In this document: positions 19,055 to 29,293 of the stretch, piece by piece | Numbering within the stretch: the stretch's first letter is position 1 | How the letters are laid out: each line of letters starts with the position of its first letter | From: Vulcanimicrobiota bacterium | GTDB lineage: Bacteria > Vulcanimicrobiota > Vulcanimicrobiia > Vulcanimicrobiales > Vulcanimicrobiaceae | Reading direction: 5' to 3' | DNA: 64,000 bases | Assembly: GCA_963786105.1 (NCBI GenBank) | Contig: CAWAXX010000018.1 | Span: forward strand, 128,001-192,000 | Made by a program: the position numbers and the translations under genes | Notes under the pieces: generated by a model | The model's input: only the letters and a program-made list of their open reading frames with translations | Told to the model about the DNA's origin: nothing | Database searches by the model: none

Positions 19055-19726
19055 ATGCAAGACGTAACAGAACTCCAGCGCCACGCGTCTCCCGGCGGAC
19101 GCCCGCAGCCCCTAGCGTTTCATAAGAACGCCTTGTGGGTGGGCTGCTGGGATACCGACCGGCTCTACGCCATCGATCCGCAATCGTGGAAAGTCACCGA
19201 CGAGGTTGCCGCGCCAGGACGGCCGTACGGTATTGCCGCCATGGGAAACGACTTACGCGTGGTGGTCGCGATCGGAAAAGACGAGGACCGTTACCTGTTT
19301 CGATTCGTTCCAGGGCGGGGCTTCGACGAGACCAGCAAAATGCCGTGCCCCGATTTTACGGGATCCTATCTCGCTTCCGACGGTTCGACACTGTACATGA
19401 CGCAACTCGGACTCCGTCGCATCGTCGTACTCGATGAAAAAGCGGCGATCCAGCGCGAGATACCGTTATCGACGCGGTGCCTTGGAATCGCCATCGGTCC
19501 CGGCGGCACGTTTTATACCATTGCGGCCGACGATGAGTTTGAAAATCTCGAGTTGGCAACGCTCGACGTACGATCGGAGGCGCCGCAACCGTCCCCGCTG
19601 TGCAAGCTGGCCGACGACGCGCGCGGGCTGGCCTACGACGGCAGCACGTGGTGGACGAGCTACCGCGAGGCCAGCGAAATCGTCGCGTTTACGCCGAAAG
19701 AGGCTTCGGCGCTTCCAGGAGTCTAG
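19055..19726 (+). CDS. Hypothetical beta-propeller protein (glutaminyl cyclase/YVTN-like)
   Basis: Repeated P.GIA / GLAYDG..WW blade-like motifs. Confidence 0.6.
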   Translation: MQDVTELQRHASPGGRPQPLAFHKNALWVGCWDTDRLYAIDPQSWKVTDEVAAPGRPYGIAAMGNDLRVVVAIGKDEDRYLFRFVPGRGFDETSKMPCPDFTGSYLASDGSTLYMTQLGLRRIVVLDEKAAIQREIPLSTRCLGIAIGPGGTFYTIAADDEFENLELATLDVRSEAPQPSPLCKLADDARGLAYDGSTWWTSYREASEIVAFTPKEASALPGV

Positions 19727-20283
19727 GTCGAGCTTTTCTTGCAGGTGATCGTGACCGTCGTGACCTTTCCTTGCGGATCGGTCGTCGTACTTACGTCGGT
19801 CGTTTGCACGTCGCTCACCTTGGTAATCGCGTCGGTGAAGGTGCTCCCATCGAGACCTTTGCCGGCCCACATCGCGGTATTGCCCTGCCAGCCGGGTGTC
19901 GATTCGATACCGTAACCGCCAAGGTTGTCGAGGTTCACCGATACCCATTGCTTAACGCCGCTGTCGTACGTCGTGGAGGTCATACCGTTTTGGGCAACGG
20001 TGCGATATTGATCGAACGGCGGCGCGGTGGATTGATCGAGCATCCACATTCCATCAGCGCTCATGCTGTAGACGTCGGTTTCGGGACGCGTCTTGCCGCG
20101 CAGCGGCTGCGTGCACGACCAGCTACCCAGCAGGAAGTTCATCGAGGAAAAGTCGGGATGGGGTATCGGCACCGGCGTCGGCGCGGCCATCGGTGCCGTA
20201 TCGGCGACCGAGGCTAACGGGGCGGCGGCGAATCCAACCGCAAAAAGTGCACACCCTAAGGCAACGAGTGCCCAATGCTTCAT
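19723..20283 (-). CDS. Secreted hypothetical protein (beta-barrel-like)
   Basis: Signal peptide; FLLGSWSC motif; RBS AAAGGG. Confidence 0.65.
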   Translation of the reverse strand: MKHWALVALGCALFAVGFAAAPLASVADTAPMAAPTPVPIPHPDFSSMNFLLGSWSCTQPLRGKTRPETDVYSMSADGMWMLDQSTAPPFDQYRTVAQNGMTSTTYDSGVKQWVSVNLDNLGGYGIESTPGWQGNTAMWAGKGLDGSTFTDAITKVSDVQTTDVSTTTDPQGKVTTVTITCKKSST

Positions 20284-20429
20284 ATTGAGACCCTTTCTAA
20301 GTTGCTCGCCCTTACGGCAAGCTAGCAAACTCTCGTAGTCCGCGAGGTCGGCCGCTTCCTCCATCGCCTGCCTTCTTCACCCGATTTTCTACGCAGGCTC
20401 ACGCGGCCGCCGGTGAAACTCCGCACGCT

Positions 20430-22049
20430 ATGACCGCCACGATATCGCTTCGATTCGTCCTTGGACTGCTGGCAACGGCCGCTACGCTCGCAGGCTGCGC
20501 GCGAGCTCCGGTTACTGGCGGCGCCTTCGTCATCGCTCAGCAGTGGGAGCCGCAATCGCTCAACCCGGCGCTCGAAAACGGTACGTCCTCTACCGAATGG
20601 TCGATGCTCGTTTTCTCCTACCTCGTGAAGTACGACGATCGCGGCCGGCTCGTGCCCGACATCGCAACCGACGTGCCCACTTTACGAAATGGCGGCATCA
20701 GTCCCGACGGCAAGACGATCATCTATCGGATTCGCAAGGGCATTCGCTTTGCCGACGGAGTCTCTCTCACCGCCGCCGACTGCGCCTGGTCGATCGAGGC
20801 GATCAACAACCCGCGCAACAACGTGCAAAGCCGCTTTGCCTACGACGACGTCGCGCGGGCGGAGGCCCCGACGCCGACGCGGCTCGTGCTTCACCTCAAG
20901 CGCCCGTTCCCGCCGCTTATTACCGTCGTAGGCGCGCCGCAGGGCTTCCCGATTCTGCCCAAACACGCCCTCGCGCGGTTTCCTAGTTTCAACCAAGTCG
21001 ATTTCAACGGAGCACCGTTCGGGTCGGGACCGTACCGCGTCGAACGCTGGCTGCGCAGCGATCGCGTCGAACTGCGGGCCAATCCCTTCTACTGGAAGGG
21101 GCCGATCGCGATCCCGCGGATGACGATCCTCTTTGTAGCTAATCCGCAAACCGCGCTAAATCTGTTGCAGACGCATGAAATCGACGGCTACTTCGACGAG
21201 CAAGACTACGCCAACTACCCGCGGCTGCTCGCTATTCACGGCTACCGTTTGACCAACACTCAGCAGAATGCCGTTGGGGCGATCATTTTCAACACGCAAG
21301 ATCCGCTCACGGCCGACCCTCGCGTGCGCCACGCGCTGGCCGAAGCGATCGACATTCCAGGCCTCATTGCCAAAGCGTACCGTGGCGCGTTACGCAGCCG
21401 GCATGCGGGCGCAGGCCTCTTCTTATGGGCGTTCGATCCGCGCGCTTATCCAGACGTCCCGTACGATCCCGACCACGCCCGTCGCCTTCTCGAAAGCGCC
21501 GGCTGGCATCCCGGCCCGAACGGGATTCGTACAAAGAACGGACGCGCGCTCGAACTTCTGCTGATCATTCAGGCCGCTACGCCCGGCGATGCGACCGTCG
21601 CCGACAACGTCGTTCAGTACGAAAGCGCGATCGGCGCAAGGGTCACGCTCAAGCAGTTCAACATCACGCAGTTCGTGGCGCCCGCTGCGGAAAACGGCCC
21701 GGTGTACGGCGGCAAATTCCAAATGGCGCTGTATTCGTTCGAGAACGGCGACGATCCCGACACGACCGACCAGTTTGCCTGCGCCAACGTCCCCCCCGGC
21801 GGGTACAATAAGTCGCGCATCTGCGATCCAACGATCGACGACCTGCTTGCGCGCGGATTGAGCACGTACGATCCGGTTCGTCGGGCGGCTACCTACCGCG
21901 CCTTGCAAGCCGTGTTGTATCGCGAGTTACCGATTGCGTTGATCTATCGGCGTTCTCAGCTTAACGCATTCTCAAACCGGCTGCGCGGACAGACGACGTC
22001 GCTATCGGGCCCGTTCTGGAACGTCGGGCGCTGGACCCTGTCATCCTGA
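20430..22049 (+). CDS. Peptide ABC transporter substrate-binding lipoprotein (family 5)
   Basis: LAGC lipobox; SPDGKTIIYRIRKGIRFADG and GSGPY motifs. Confidence 0.9.
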   Translation: MTATISLRFVLGLLATAATLAGCARAPVTGGAFVIAQQWEPQSLNPALENGTSSTEWSMLVFSYLVKYDDRGRLVPDIATDVPTLRNGGISPDGKTIIYRIRKGIRFADGVSLTAADCAWSIEAINNPRNNVQSRFAYDDVARAEAPTPTRLVLHLKRPFPPLITVVGAPQGFPILPKHALARFPSFNQVDFNGAPFGSGPYRVERWLRSDRVELRANPFYWKGPIAIPRMTILFVANPQTALNLLQTHEIDGYFDEQDYANYPRLLAIHGYRLTNTQQNAVGAIIFNTQDPLTADPRVRHALAEAIDIPGLIAKAYRGALRSRHAGAGLFLWAFDPRAYPDVPYDPDHARRLLESAGWHPGPNGIRTKNGRALELLLIIQAATPGDATVADNVVQYESAIGARVTLKQFNITQFVAPAAENGPVYGGKFQMALYSFENGDDPDTTDQFACANVPPGGYNKSRICDPTIDDLLARGLSTYDPVRRAATYRALQAVLYRELPIALIYRRSQLNAFSNRLRGQTTSLSGPFWNVGRWTLSS

Positions 22050-22051
22050 GC
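22039..22051 (+). repeat. Partial copy of the REP-like repeat
   Basis: TGTCATCCTGAGC, overlapping the stop codon of the ABC binding-protein gene. Confidence 0.5.
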
Positions 22052-22063
22052 TGAGCGCTCCTT

Positions 22064-24106
22064 TTACAGGTGCTTCGTGAGAAAATCGACGGTAGCCTGA
22101 TCCGCCTGTAGCCAGGATTGCCAATGCAGAAAACCGTGGATGTCGTTGGGAATGACGATTTCCTCGTAAGGAACGTGCGCCATTTTTAAGCGCTCCACGA
22201 GATCGACCATTTGGTGAAACGGTACGTTGCGGTCGTCGTCGCCTTGAATCAACAGCACCGGCGAACGCCACGTCGAGATGTAGGCGTCCGGCGATGAGTA
22301 CCAGGCCGTCTTTAGAAATCGTTTCTTGTCGTAGGTCTGGTAGCGTTTATCCGCAGTCGAGAACCACTCGGGAAACATCGACCAATCGTGAACGCCGTGA
22401 AAATCGACCCCCGCTTTGAAGATATCGGAGTTCTTCGCCAAAGCCATGGCCGTCAAGTACCCGCCGTAGGAGCCTCCCCAAATGCCAATCCGCTTGCGAT
22501 CCACCCGCGGATCTTGTTGGAGGAACTGGGCTCCTGCGAGAACGTCTTGGTATTCACTCGCGCCCGCCGGTCCGGCGAGCTGTGGGTATTGAAAGTCGTG
22601 GCCGTAGCCGATACCTAGACGGTAGTTCACCGACAATACGACGAAACCGCGGCTGGCTAAGTACTGGTTCGTGGCATACGCGTACGAGTAGTAATCCATA
22701 TAATGCCACGTCAGCAGCATCTGTCGCGGTGGGCCGCCATGCACGAAGATTACCGCGGGTTTTTTGGAAGCGCCTCCGGGTGCGTCGAAGATCTGTCCGT
22801 GCACCACCGTGCCGTCCGGCGCGCGAAACGCCACTTCGCGCGGTACGACGAGAGCCGCCGCCGGAAAGTCCGCGGGTATTTGATCGCTGCTAAGGGACCG
22901 AGCGTTGAGCCCGATCGTCATCGGCACTTGAGGACCCGCTTGCACGTACGCGACACCATCGCTGGTTGCGGCCGGCCACCATTCGCTATTTTCCCCGCTC
23001 GTCACCGCTTCCGGCGGTCCGCCAGCGGCCGAAACTCGAAACACGTGACGCCGGTCGTCGTCGCCATTCGTTCTGCCGGAGTTTGCGGTGTAGTAAATCG
23101 TGCGCAGATCGGGCGAAACGGCCACGTCTTCGACCATGAACGTACCCGGCGTCAGCGCATCGGCGGCGCCGCCGGCTGCCGAAACGGCGTACAGGTTGGG
23201 CCAGTTCGAACGCTCCGATATGAACGCGAGCCGATTCCCGGCGATCCAATGCAGTTGCGGACCGTTGATTCCGGGAAGCGAATCGCGCAACGCATGGCCG
23301 CTGGTCCAAGCGGCGTGCGCCGAGCCGCCCGCGACGTTCGCCACCCAAACCGCCCACGGACGCGAATATCGCTTGAGCGGGTCTTGCGGCGGTCCGCCGC
23401 GGCCGCCTATGCGCACGTACGCCACGGACGCACCGTCGGGCGACCACTGCGGTGAAAAGTCGCGCGACGTTGACGGCGCGAGATATTGAATCGGAGTTCC
23501 GTCATCGCGGAAAATACCGACGAACGAATGATCGTCACGATCGGACGTAAAGGCAAGGGCTCTTCCGTCGGGCGACCACTGCAAGTCGCCGTCATTTCCC
23601 TTATCGAAAAACAGCCTTTTCGATTCCTTGCTGCCGTCGACCGGCGCGCTCCAAACCGATTGGTCGGGGTCGTGAACGAACGCCACCCGCGTACCGTCGG
23701 GCGAAATCGCGGGCGAGTCGCCCTCGCCAAGTATTTTCGGCGACGAACCGGCAGCGGTCGCGAGCGACACCACCGTGAGGTGAGGCTCTTTCGGACTCGA
23801 GTCGGGATCCGGCCAGGGATGCTCTGGCCAATTGGCATCATGGGCTCCGCCTCGAACGTACGCGACGAACGCTCCGCCTTTGGACACGCTGAGATTGGTA
23901 AGCTCCTGTCCGTCGTCGGCGCCGGAACTCCATAGGCGTCGTGGCTGATATTCGGGCGCTCGCGCAAACCATACGCTCCGGATACCGCTTTCGTCCAGAA
24001 CGTACGCGATCGCCGATCCGTCTGGACTCGCCGCCAAAGCCATCGGCAGCGGAAAACTCAAGACCTGGCTCAGTGAAAAGAGTAAACCGAAAATGAGGTG
24101 CATCAA
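22064..24106 (-). CDS. S9 family peptidase with PD40 propeller
   Basis: WSPDG repeats; VHGGP, GGSYGG, DRNV and H catalytic motifs. Confidence 0.9.
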   Translation of the reverse strand: MMHLIFGLLFSLSQVLSFPLPMALAASPDGSAIAYVLDESGIRSVWFARAPEYQPRRLWSSGADDGQELTNLSVSKGGAFVAYVRGGAHDANWPEHPWPDPDSSPKEPHLTVVSLATAAGSSPKILGEGDSPAISPDGTRVAFVHDPDQSVWSAPVDGSKESKRLFFDKGNDGDLQWSPDGRALAFTSDRDDHSFVGIFRDDGTPIQYLAPSTSRDFSPQWSPDGASVAYVRIGGRGGPPQDPLKRYSRPWAVWVANVAGGSAHAAWTSGHALRDSLPGINGPQLHWIAGNRLAFISERSNWPNLYAVSAAGGAADALTPGTFMVEDVAVSPDLRTIYYTANSGRTNGDDDRRHVFRVSAAGGPPEAVTSGENSEWWPAATSDGVAYVQAGPQVPMTIGLNARSLSSDQIPADFPAAALVVPREVAFRAPDGTVVHGQIFDAPGGASKKPAVIFVHGGPPRQMLLTWHYMDYYSYAYATNQYLASRGFVVLSVNYRLGIGYGHDFQYPQLAGPAGASEYQDVLAGAQFLQQDPRVDRKRIGIWGGSYGGYLTAMALAKNSDIFKAGVDFHGVHDWSMFPEWFSTADKRYQTYDKKRFLKTAWYSSPDAYISTWRSPVLLIQGDDDRNVPFHQMVDLVERLKMAHVPYEEIVIPNDIHGFLHWQSWLQADQATVDFLTKHL

Positions 24107-24113
24107 AAGACTC

Positions 24114-25439
24114 CTAACGCTCGAGCAACGTCACGCCGTTCCCAGCAGCAATGACTCTATACGTTCCGCCGTCGACCGCCCGGCGAATTTGTGGAAGAAT
24201 GCGCTGCGTCCACGCCGTGGACGCATACCGATCGTCGTACAGCACGTACTGCGGACGCGAGCGCACTCCTATGGCCGCCTGCGGAAAGAATCCGAGGTGC
24301 GCGTAGATCTCGTCGTACGTTCCGACGCTCGCCGTCTGCGCGATGCGCGCGATTGCGGCATTCGTCGCCGCGTCGGCGGCATTGGGCATCCGAAGAAAGT
24401 GCCCGAGGTGTAAGGGGCTGAAGAATATCAGCGTCAGCGTGCAGAGAGCGGCGCTGGCGCCGACCCACCGCCGCCCAACAAGGGCGCTTTTCGATAAGAG
24501 GTGCGCGCCCGCGAGGGCGAAGGCGACCAAGACGTAGGGGACCCATACCGCCGCGTAATGCTGGCCCATCGTATACATGAGCGGCTCGCGCGACGCCAAT
24601 ACCTCGAACAAGCCCGGAAGCGCCAACCATACCACCGGCGAACGCAACGGGAGGAACGCCAACGGGGCGAAAGCTTCGAGAAGATACGTCAGCCGGCCGC
24701 CGATTTCGGCTCCCAGGGAACGTGGCGACGCGTATCCGTTCCACGCGTAAAAATGGCTCGGAACCCACACTGGCGGCGCTCCTGCGAGCGGCCGGACGAT
24801 CCCGAAGTATCCCCAAAACACGGCAATGGAAACGACGACCGCCGCAACGCCAAACAGCCTGCCGGCGCGCTCGCGCCGTCTCGCGAAATAGACGCACGAG
24901 ACCACCCCCAAGATTGCCATCGCGATCGCTTGGTCTTCTTTGATCGAGAGTGCGACGGCCACCAGGATGCTTGCCACGCCGAAACGGCGCGCGTCGATCG
25001 CCCACAACAACCAGGCGATGGTTGCCGGCAGGAACGCCGTTTCGTGAAAGTCCGTAAACGTTACGCCTTGTAGTGGAGGATACAAGAGCGCGATACAGGC
25101 CAGCGCCGCCGCTCCGATGTCGCACGTGCGCTTGCGCGCGATTGCGTACAAGGCCGGCGCGACCAGTGCGGTAGCGACCGCTTGCACCACGACCAACGCC
25201 AGCGCCGAGCCGGTGAGCCAAAGCAACGGCGCGCATAGGTACAGAATCGGCGAAAAATGATACGCGAAGTGCGACGTCCCTTCGACGGTATTGCTGAAGC
25301 CGTGGAACGCGCTCGCGATCGTTTGGGTAAACAAGCCCAGGTCCGCGCCGGAATGATAGGTGACGTACCGGTCGGCTCCGAGTACCGCAAAAACCGCGGC
25401 ATATATAGCGGTCGCGAGCACGACCATTCGCGTCGGCAT
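24114..25439 (-). CDS. DUF2079-type membrane protein (putative GT-C glycosyltransferase)
   Basis: DLGLF.Q, HFSPIL, DFHE, KED and QHYAA motifs. Confidence 0.75.
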   Translation of the reverse strand: MPTRMVVLATAIYAAVFAVLGADRYVTYHSGADLGLFTQTIASAFHGFSNTVEGTSHFAYHFSPILYLCAPLLWLTGSALALVVVQAVATALVAPALYAIARKRTCDIGAAALACIALLYPPLQGVTFTDFHETAFLPATIAWLLWAIDARRFGVASILVAVALSIKEDQAIAMAILGVVSCVYFARRRERAGRLFGVAAVVVSIAVFWGYFGIVRPLAGAPPVWVPSHFYAWNGYASPRSLGAEIGGRLTYLLEAFAPLAFLPLRSPVVWLALPGLFEVLASREPLMYTMGQHYAAVWVPYVLVAFALAGAHLLSKSALVGRRWVGASAALCTLTLIFFSPLHLGHFLRMPNAADAATNAAIARIAQTASVGTYDEIYAHLGFFPQAAIGVRSRPQYVLYDDRYASTAWTQRILPQIRRAVDGGTYRVIAAGNGVTLLER

Positions 25440-25539
25440 CGCCGCTCCTTCGCTGCGGGCTCCGCCGTGTCACCCTCAGCGCCGGGCGGCACTCAAGGGC
25501 GAAGGGGCATTGCGGACCGCCGTCCGAACTCGACCGGGC

Positions 25540-27588
25540 ATGCGTACCTTCCTTGCCGCGACGTTGCTCGCGGTCGCCGTTTTGGGAGGACGGCCTACCG
25601 CCGCATCGGCGCGCACGTTGGAAATCACCGACATGGCCCGCATCGTCGACCTCGAAGAGCCGGCGATCGCACCGGACGGGCGCCGCGTGGCCGTCATCGC
25701 CATTCGGCAGGATCTCGAGCGCGCGATCGAAGTCAACTCGCTCGAACTCGTGGACGTCGCGAGTGGAAGGCTGCAGACGCTGGTACGCGGTCACGACGTA
25801 TCGGTACCGCGATGGTCGCCGGATGGCCGGCGGCTCGCCTATTTGGCACGACCGTCCGACGGCGCGGTGCAGCAAGCCTACGTGCGCGGCATCGACGGAA
25901 CGACGCTTCCACTTACGCATGCTCTCGCCGACGTCATCGACCTCGCCTGGAGTCCTGACGGCGCGCGCATCGCCTTCGTGGCGTCCGACGGGCCTGCAAA
26001 TCACTTGGCATTGGCGCACCACCACGACTACTTCTTTGCCGGCAACAACGATTACACCGCAACTGCGCTCACGCCGCCGGATCACCTCTGGGTCCTTCCG
26101 TCGCGCGGCGGCCGCGCGCAGCGGCTCACGTCGGGTACGTGGACGATCGCACCGACCGACCCCGGCGGAATTTTTTCACCGCAAATCACCTGGACGAGCG
26201 ACGGGCGGTTCATCACCTTCACTCGGGTCGCCAGCACCTTCGGCGGCGATGATGAAAACTCGACGCTGTGGCAGATCGGTGCGACGGGCACGGGTCTGCA
26301 CAAACTCACCTCGCATCCCAACGTCGAGTTAAGTCCGGCATATTCACCCGACGGAATCCGGCTCGCATATTGGTATCCGCTCGACGGTAACTTTCTGGCG
26401 GAGAACACCGTGCGCATGCTCGCCGCTGGAAACGATGCGGCCTTTATGCCGACCCTCGACCGCAACGTCGCGGGCTCGCTATGGTTCCCCGACGGGCGGC
26501 ACATGCTCGTTTGCGCCAGCGACCGCACCCAAACGGTGGCGTGGGTCGTCGACCTCTCCGGGAATCGGCATCCGTTTCCGCTCGGCAACCTCAACATCGT
26601 CTGCGACCCGTATTCGAGTTCGACGTTCGATGCCGGGATTGCCGCGAGTATCGCGCGCAACGGCGGAGTCGCCTTTCTGGCGAACGATGCGCGGCATGCT
26701 CGCGAACTGTACTATTTTGCGCCCGGCGCCATAGAGCCGCGTCGGGTGACACACCTCAACGACTTTCTTGGCGCCATTTCCATCGGCCGAATGAGCGCGT
26801 TCGAATGGGGTGGCCCGAATGGTTTTTCCGAGGACGGAGTGCTCACCTACCCACCGTCGTTCGACGCCGTTCGTGCCGCCAACCCAGCCGCAAAGTTCCC
26901 GGTGGTGTTGCTTATTCACGGCGGTCCAGGGCTCTCGAATTCGCTCGAGTTCGCTTGGGAACAGTGGCCGCTCGCGCAAATGATTGCATCGCATGGCTAC
27001 ATCGTCTTACAACCGAACTACCGCGGGAGCGATAATCTCGGCAACGCGTACATGCTCGCGATCGTCCGCGACACCGCCGAGGGACCAGGCAACGACGTCA
27101 TGTCCGGTTTGGCCGCACTCGAAAAGGAGCCGTACATCGACGATAAGCGCCTGGCCGTTTCGGGATGGTCGTACGGCGGACTCCTTACGACCTGGCTCAT
27201 AGGTCACTATCACGTTTGGCGCGCGGCCGTCTCGGGAGCTGCGGTCAACGATGAAACGCAAGAGTATAACCTCTCCACCTCCAACGTACAGAATACCTAT
27301 TACCTGGGAACCTCACCGTACGTCGGCGACGGAGCGCGGGTTTATGCGGAACAGTCGCCGATTACGTACTACAAGAACATCACCACACCGACGTTAATCT
27401 GGGGGACGACGCTCGACCCGGTGGTTCCGATTCCCCTGTCCTACGCGCTGTACCACGCCCTGGCCGACAACCACGTCCCGGTTCGCTTTCTCGTGTTCCC
27501 GGCGGCTACGCACGGCCCAAGCAATCCCGTCCAAACCGCCGACCTGACGCGCTTTTGGCTGGAGTGGCTCGATTCGCACCTGCGCTAG
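25540..27588 (+). CDS. S9 family peptidase
   Basis: Signal peptide; WSPDG repeats; IHGGP, GWSYGG, DPVV and THG motifs. Confidence 0.9.
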   Translation: MRTFLAATLLAVAVLGGRPTAASARTLEITDMARIVDLEEPAIAPDGRRVAVIAIRQDLERAIEVNSLELVDVASGRLQTLVRGHDVSVPRWSPDGRRLAYLARPSDGAVQQAYVRGIDGTTLPLTHALADVIDLAWSPDGARIAFVASDGPANHLALAHHHDYFFAGNNDYTATALTPPDHLWVLPSRGGRAQRLTSGTWTIAPTDPGGIFSPQITWTSDGRFITFTRVASTFGGDDENSTLWQIGATGTGLHKLTSHPNVELSPAYSPDGIRLAYWYPLDGNFLAENTVRMLAAGNDAAFMPTLDRNVAGSLWFPDGRHMLVCASDRTQTVAWVVDLSGNRHPFPLGNLNIVCDPYSSSTFDAGIAASIARNGGVAFLANDARHARELYYFAPGAIEPRRVTHLNDFLGAISIGRMSAFEWGGPNGFSEDGVLTYPPSFDAVRAANPAAKFPVVLLIHGGPGLSNSLEFAWEQWPLAQMIASHGYIVLQPNYRGSDNLGNAYMLAIVRDTAEGPGNDVMSGLAALEKEPYIDDKRLAVSGWSYGGLLTTWLIGHYHVWRAAVSGAAVNDETQEYNLSTSNVQNTYYLGTSPYVGDGARVYAEQSPITYYKNITTPTLIWGTTLDPVVPIPLSYALYHALADNHVPVRFLVFPAATHGPSNPVQTADLTRFWLEWLDSHLR

Positions 27589-27642
27589 AACGGCTCGTCC
27601 CGGCGGCTCATCCGTTCGGCGCCCGCAAGCGTTGAAGGGAAT

Positions 27643-28287
27643 ATGACACGATTTCTGGCCGCTCTCCTCGCCGTCGTCCTCGTCGCCGCCGCACCCCCAA
27701 CCCCCCACGCCGGTGCGAACGTCCAAGCGCAGCGCGTGGTGCTCGCCGGAGGATGTTTTTGGGGAATGCAGCTGGTCTTCGAGTCGCTCAAGGGCGTGCG
27801 CTCGGCCGTGGCCGGATACGCCGGCGGAAATGCCGACACCGCCCATTACGAAATCGTCAGTAGCGGCACGACCGGACACGCCGAGTCGGTCGAGATCACG
27901 TACGACCCGTCGGCGATTTCGTTCAAACAGCTGTTGGAGGTGTACTTCACCGTAGCGCACGACCCGACCGAGCGCAATCGCCAGGGTCCAGACGACGGAA
28001 CGCAATACCGCTCGGAAATCTTCTATACGACCGCGGACCAGCACGCTCAAGCCGTCGCGAAGATCGCGCAGCTCGACCGCGGCCATGCGTACGCTTCACC
28101 GATCGTCACCGAGCTGGCTCCGCTGCGCGGCTTCTACCCGGCCGAAGGCTACCATCAGAATTTCGCCGTCCACAATCCGACCAATCCGTACATCGTGGTC
28201 AACGATCTTCCGAAGCTCCGCGCGCTGCAGCAGAAGTATCCAGCCCTCGTCAAGCCAAATGCCGCCGCCTTCTTGAGCGGTATCTAA
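27643..28287 (+). CDS. msrA: Peptide-methionine (S)-S-oxide reductase, secreted
   Basis: GGCFWG, GHAESV, QGPDDGTQYRS and AEGYHQ motifs. Confidence 0.95.
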   Translation: MTRFLAALLAVVLVAAAPPTPHAGANVQAQRVVLAGGCFWGMQLVFESLKGVRSAVAGYAGGNADTAHYEIVSSGTTGHAESVEITYDPSAISFKQLLEVYFTVAHDPTERNRQGPDDGTQYRSEIFYTTADQHAQAVAKIAQLDRGHAYASPIVTELAPLRGFYPAEGYHQNFAVHNPTNPYIVVNDLPKLRALQQKYPALVKPNAAAFLSGI

Positions 28288-29174
28288 CCGGGCTCGTCGT
28301 CCACGTGTGAGGCGTACGAGCGTGGATCGAAGTACCAGTCGGGCAGCGATGCGGGAAACGCGATGTCGTTGAAATCGTAATCGACGGTCGCGTCTTTTCC
28401 TAAGTACTCAGCATCGGCTTCGAGCGTCGGCGTCCCGTGAATGTGCGTTACCACGGGCATGCTATTCAGCCACCCCATCGTGACGGTGAAGATCATCGGA
28501 TAGACGTGCCGGCTGTCTTCGTCGTAGAGTTTGTCGGTCGCGACGACTTGTTGCAGCTCGAGCGTCTTGCTGTCGACGAAGAGCTCGCGCAACCGGTTGC
28601 GTTCCGGATCGCGCCGCGGCTGCAAGATCACGTGCGTGAGATTACCCTGCGTCGTAATGCCGGTTACCCGATAGTCGAACTCACCCATGACGCTCACGCT
28701 GGCAATCAACGGCGGCGCGCTGCCCGTCGGTTCAGGCGTTGGTACGAAGGTGCGCGGATTGCTGTGCGGGTGCGCCGGCGCAGGCTCGAAAAGATCGGCC
28801 GTGGGTGGCCCCGGGTCCCACGGCTCGTTGAAAGACGGTCGCAAGAATTCCAGCGTTCCGCGTGCGGACCCGCGATACACCTTGCGTCCTAAGGCTGCCC
28901 GATCGTAGGTCCGGCACCAAATGTGATACGTGTAACTGTTGACCAAATCCGGATAACCGTCGTCGAGCGTTTGCTTGCGGATGAGCGTGTAGGTGACGTA
29001 GGCCGGCGGCGGCCGATGCGAACGAAACTGCCGGCGGATCAAATACAGCAAACGATCGGGCGACGGCAGCGGAACCGGCGTCGCTACCGGCGCGGCCGAA
29101 GCGCCATTTGGGGCCGCCGCGGCCGCGAGAACACCAAGTGCTACGACGAACGCCACCGCTAGAAGCGATTTCAC
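28284..29174 (-). CDS. Secreted hypothetical protein
   Basis: Signal-like N-terminus and Pro-rich linkers; start approximate. Confidence 0.6.
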   Translation of the reverse strand: MKSLLAVAFVVALGVLAAAAAPNGASAAPVATPVPLPSPDRLLYLIRRQFRSHRPPPAYVTYTLIRKQTLDDGYPDLVNSYTYHIWCRTYDRAALGRKVYRGSARGTLEFLRPSFNEPWDPGPPTADLFEPAPAHPHSNPRTFVPTPEPTGSAPPLIASVSVMGEFDYRVTGITTQGNLTHVILQPRRDPERNRLRELFVDSKTLELQQVVATDKLYDEDSRHVYPMIFTVTMGWLNSMPVVTHIHGTPTLEADAEYLGKDATVDYDFNDIAFPASLPDWYFDPRSYASHVDDEPG

Positions 29175-29293
29175 CAGGACGCTTTTGATGCGCAACCTCC
29201 GCCTCTCCTGGCGGCCTCTTCTAAGGATACGCTCAGCATCGCCATTGCCGCGATCTCGGAAAGATGGTCGATGAGTGCACCGAATCACTCATC

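Noticed and set aside
24157..26085. 642-aa minus-strand ORF
   Set aside because: Arg-rich shadow frame overlapping the DUF2079 and S9 peptidase genes; no recognisable motifs
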